Shown piece after piece: positions 56,524 through 57,638 of a stretch of DNA of 57,638 nucleotides. The translations under genes were made by a program, and so were the position numbers. This DNA is from a virus. Lineage: Duplodnaviria > Caudoviricetes. The notes beneath the pieces are model-generated. The model was not told the DNA's origin. It saw nothing but the letters and a program-made list of their open reading frames with translations, and ran no database searches. The stretch lies in IMG/VR virus record IMGVR_UViG_3300044630_007310, positions 1 to 57,638 of that record; one strand, written 5' to 3'. Numbering within the stretch: the first letter of the stretch is position 1; every line of letters starts with the position of its first letter.

Positions 56524-57638
56524 TTAGATGGAATTAAATAATTCCTCATACTCATCATCTGCAATAGATGATGGGCTGTTATTAATCTCAGATTTGACAG
56601 TTATTGTTTGATATTCTTCTCTAATTTCATCTTGTAATTTGTTAGCGGTATCATCATCGCTATAATATTCACTATTCATTCCTCTTTCTTCAGAAAGTCT
56701 AAAAAAGTCTTTTTCCATTGCATAGAATTTATAGCTCTCTTCATAACCATTGTCTCTGTTTGCAATTACCTTTATTTTCATTCTACTTTCTAGCGGACTT
56801 CTCATTAGTCCAAACAAGGAATCGACAGTGTGAACTAGACCAAAAGATTCAGCAACTGAATCCATTCCAAGATCAAAGTTGTCAACGTCATCTCTTTTAA
56901 TTTGAGTAGCTGATATGATACACCATTCGTTTCTCATAGCAACTCCTCTTAGTTCTTCACAGATTACTTTTATCTTTTCATATAAACCGTTTTGGTCTTT
57001 TACCGGTTTTAAAAGATTTAAGTAATCTACTACTACAACTTTAAATTTTTTGTTTAATTTATTCTCAAGGCGAAGAAAGTGATTCTCAATATCAATGGCG
57101 GTTGCTCCTCCTGTTGGAAATTCAACTACTTCTAGATATCCTAGATTTCTTCCCATAGATTTAAGTTCGTTTATCTTGTCCTCGATTAATTTTGCATTCT
57201 CATCGTCGTTTATATTCTCATAATCGTCTTTAGGAACACTTAAAATATTAGAACCAATTCTTTTCATATAGCTTCGATCTGCTAATTCTACTGTAACTAG
57301 ACCAGTATAGTTACCGTGTAAGAAAGATCGAGCAGCAATGTTTCCTAATACCATTGATTTTCCAACCTTCGGTCTTCCTTGAAAAACCACTAGAGTTTTA
57401 AGATTCCATCCTCCACCTAAGGTTTTATCAAAAAATTGAAATCCGCTTGGGGTTCCAATTTTAGGAATTTGAATGTGAGATTTTGGATCAAAGAAATTTA
57501 ATCCATTGTTTACGCTATTAAAATTTATAGATAGTTTAGTGCTTATTTCGTTACGTACTTTTTCAGTTATAGAGTTTATGTTATCCGGATTGACTGCCGC
57601 CGTTTTTAAGAACGACATAATATCAACTACTGTTAGAT
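56524..57638 (-). CDS. replicative DnaB-like helicase (gp41-like), 5'-truncated by window edge
   Basis: GRPKVGKS, VTVELA, VVVDYLNLL, EELRGVA, SATQIKR, AESFGL; frame open to the window end. Confidence 0.92.
   Translation of the reverse strand, partial: LTVVDIMSFLKTAAVNPDNINSITEKVRNEISTKLSINFNSVNNGLNFFDPKSHIQIPKIGTPSGFQFFDKTLGGGWNLKTLVVFQGRPKVGKSMVLGNIAARSFLHGNYTGLVTVELADRSYMKRIGSNILSVPKDDYENINDDENAKLIEDKINELKSMGRNLGYLEVVEFPTGGATAIDIENHFLRLENKLNKKFKVVVVDYLNLLKPVKDQNGLYEKIKVICEELRGVAMRNEWCIISATQIKRDDVDNFDLGMDSVAESFGLVHTVDSLFGLMRSPLESRMKIKVIANRDNGYEESYKFYAMEKDFFRLSEERGMNSEYYSDDDTANKLQDEIREEYQTITVKSEINNSPSSIADDEYEELFNSI

Noticed and set aside
1799-56900. Short antisense or alternate-frame ORFs in the track (e.g. 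1799-1984, 8392-9024, 12605-12973, 18350-18685, 33264-33572, 47766-48235, 54262-54510)
   Set aside because: They lie within or largely overlap well-supported genes and have no motifs; shadow ORFs
1-57638. Stop-codon reassignment as seen in some jumbo phages
   Set aside because: Conserved genes are full length in the standard code, coding density is high, and TAG and TGA end genes at sensible boundaries; no suppressor tRNA seen
36167-57638. Introns, inteins or homing endonucleases in replication genes
   Set aside because: Topoisomerase, helicases, TS-fold and gp46/47 genes are of normal length and uninterrupted; no LAGLIDADG, HNH, GIY-YIG or intein motifs noticed

Overview
A 57.6-kb, AT-rich, densely coding segment of a large T4-like (myovirus, probably jumbo) bacteriophage genome, read with the standard code. 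A Bacteroidota host is suggested by A-rich leaders without Shine-Dalgarno sites and one Bacteroidota-type signal peptide. The + strand carries virion genes: baseplate (gp53-like, hub-like, gp5/gpV-like spike), a prohead protease-scaffold fusion, gp23-like major capsid, gp19-like tail tube and many putative internal head proteins, mostly behind a T4-late-like (A)TAAATA(A) motif. The - strand carries replication, repair and nucleotide genes: topoisomerase II, DinG-like helicase, a NEIL1-like glycosylase, dCMP deaminase, a gp42-like thymidylate-synthase-fold enzyme, gp46/gp47 and a gp41 helicase, plus two tRNAs. An 11.4-kb sugar island sits between the baseplate and head genes (NeuB, NeuA, NeuD-like, HAD phosphatase, three Maf/DUF115-like transferases, two short DegT enzymes, GT2, GT8-RgpF). 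Main leads: (1) phage-encoded nonulosonic-acid synthesis and transfer, possibly virion glycosylation; (2) a recurring capsid-targeting-like peptide tag that also marks an adenylate cyclase and a lysozyme as possible virion cargo; (3) a probable nested scaffold gene; (4) a tRNA mimic and a pseudoknot between the tRNAs; (5) probable cytosine modification. All calls come from motif recognition by eye; no searches were run.
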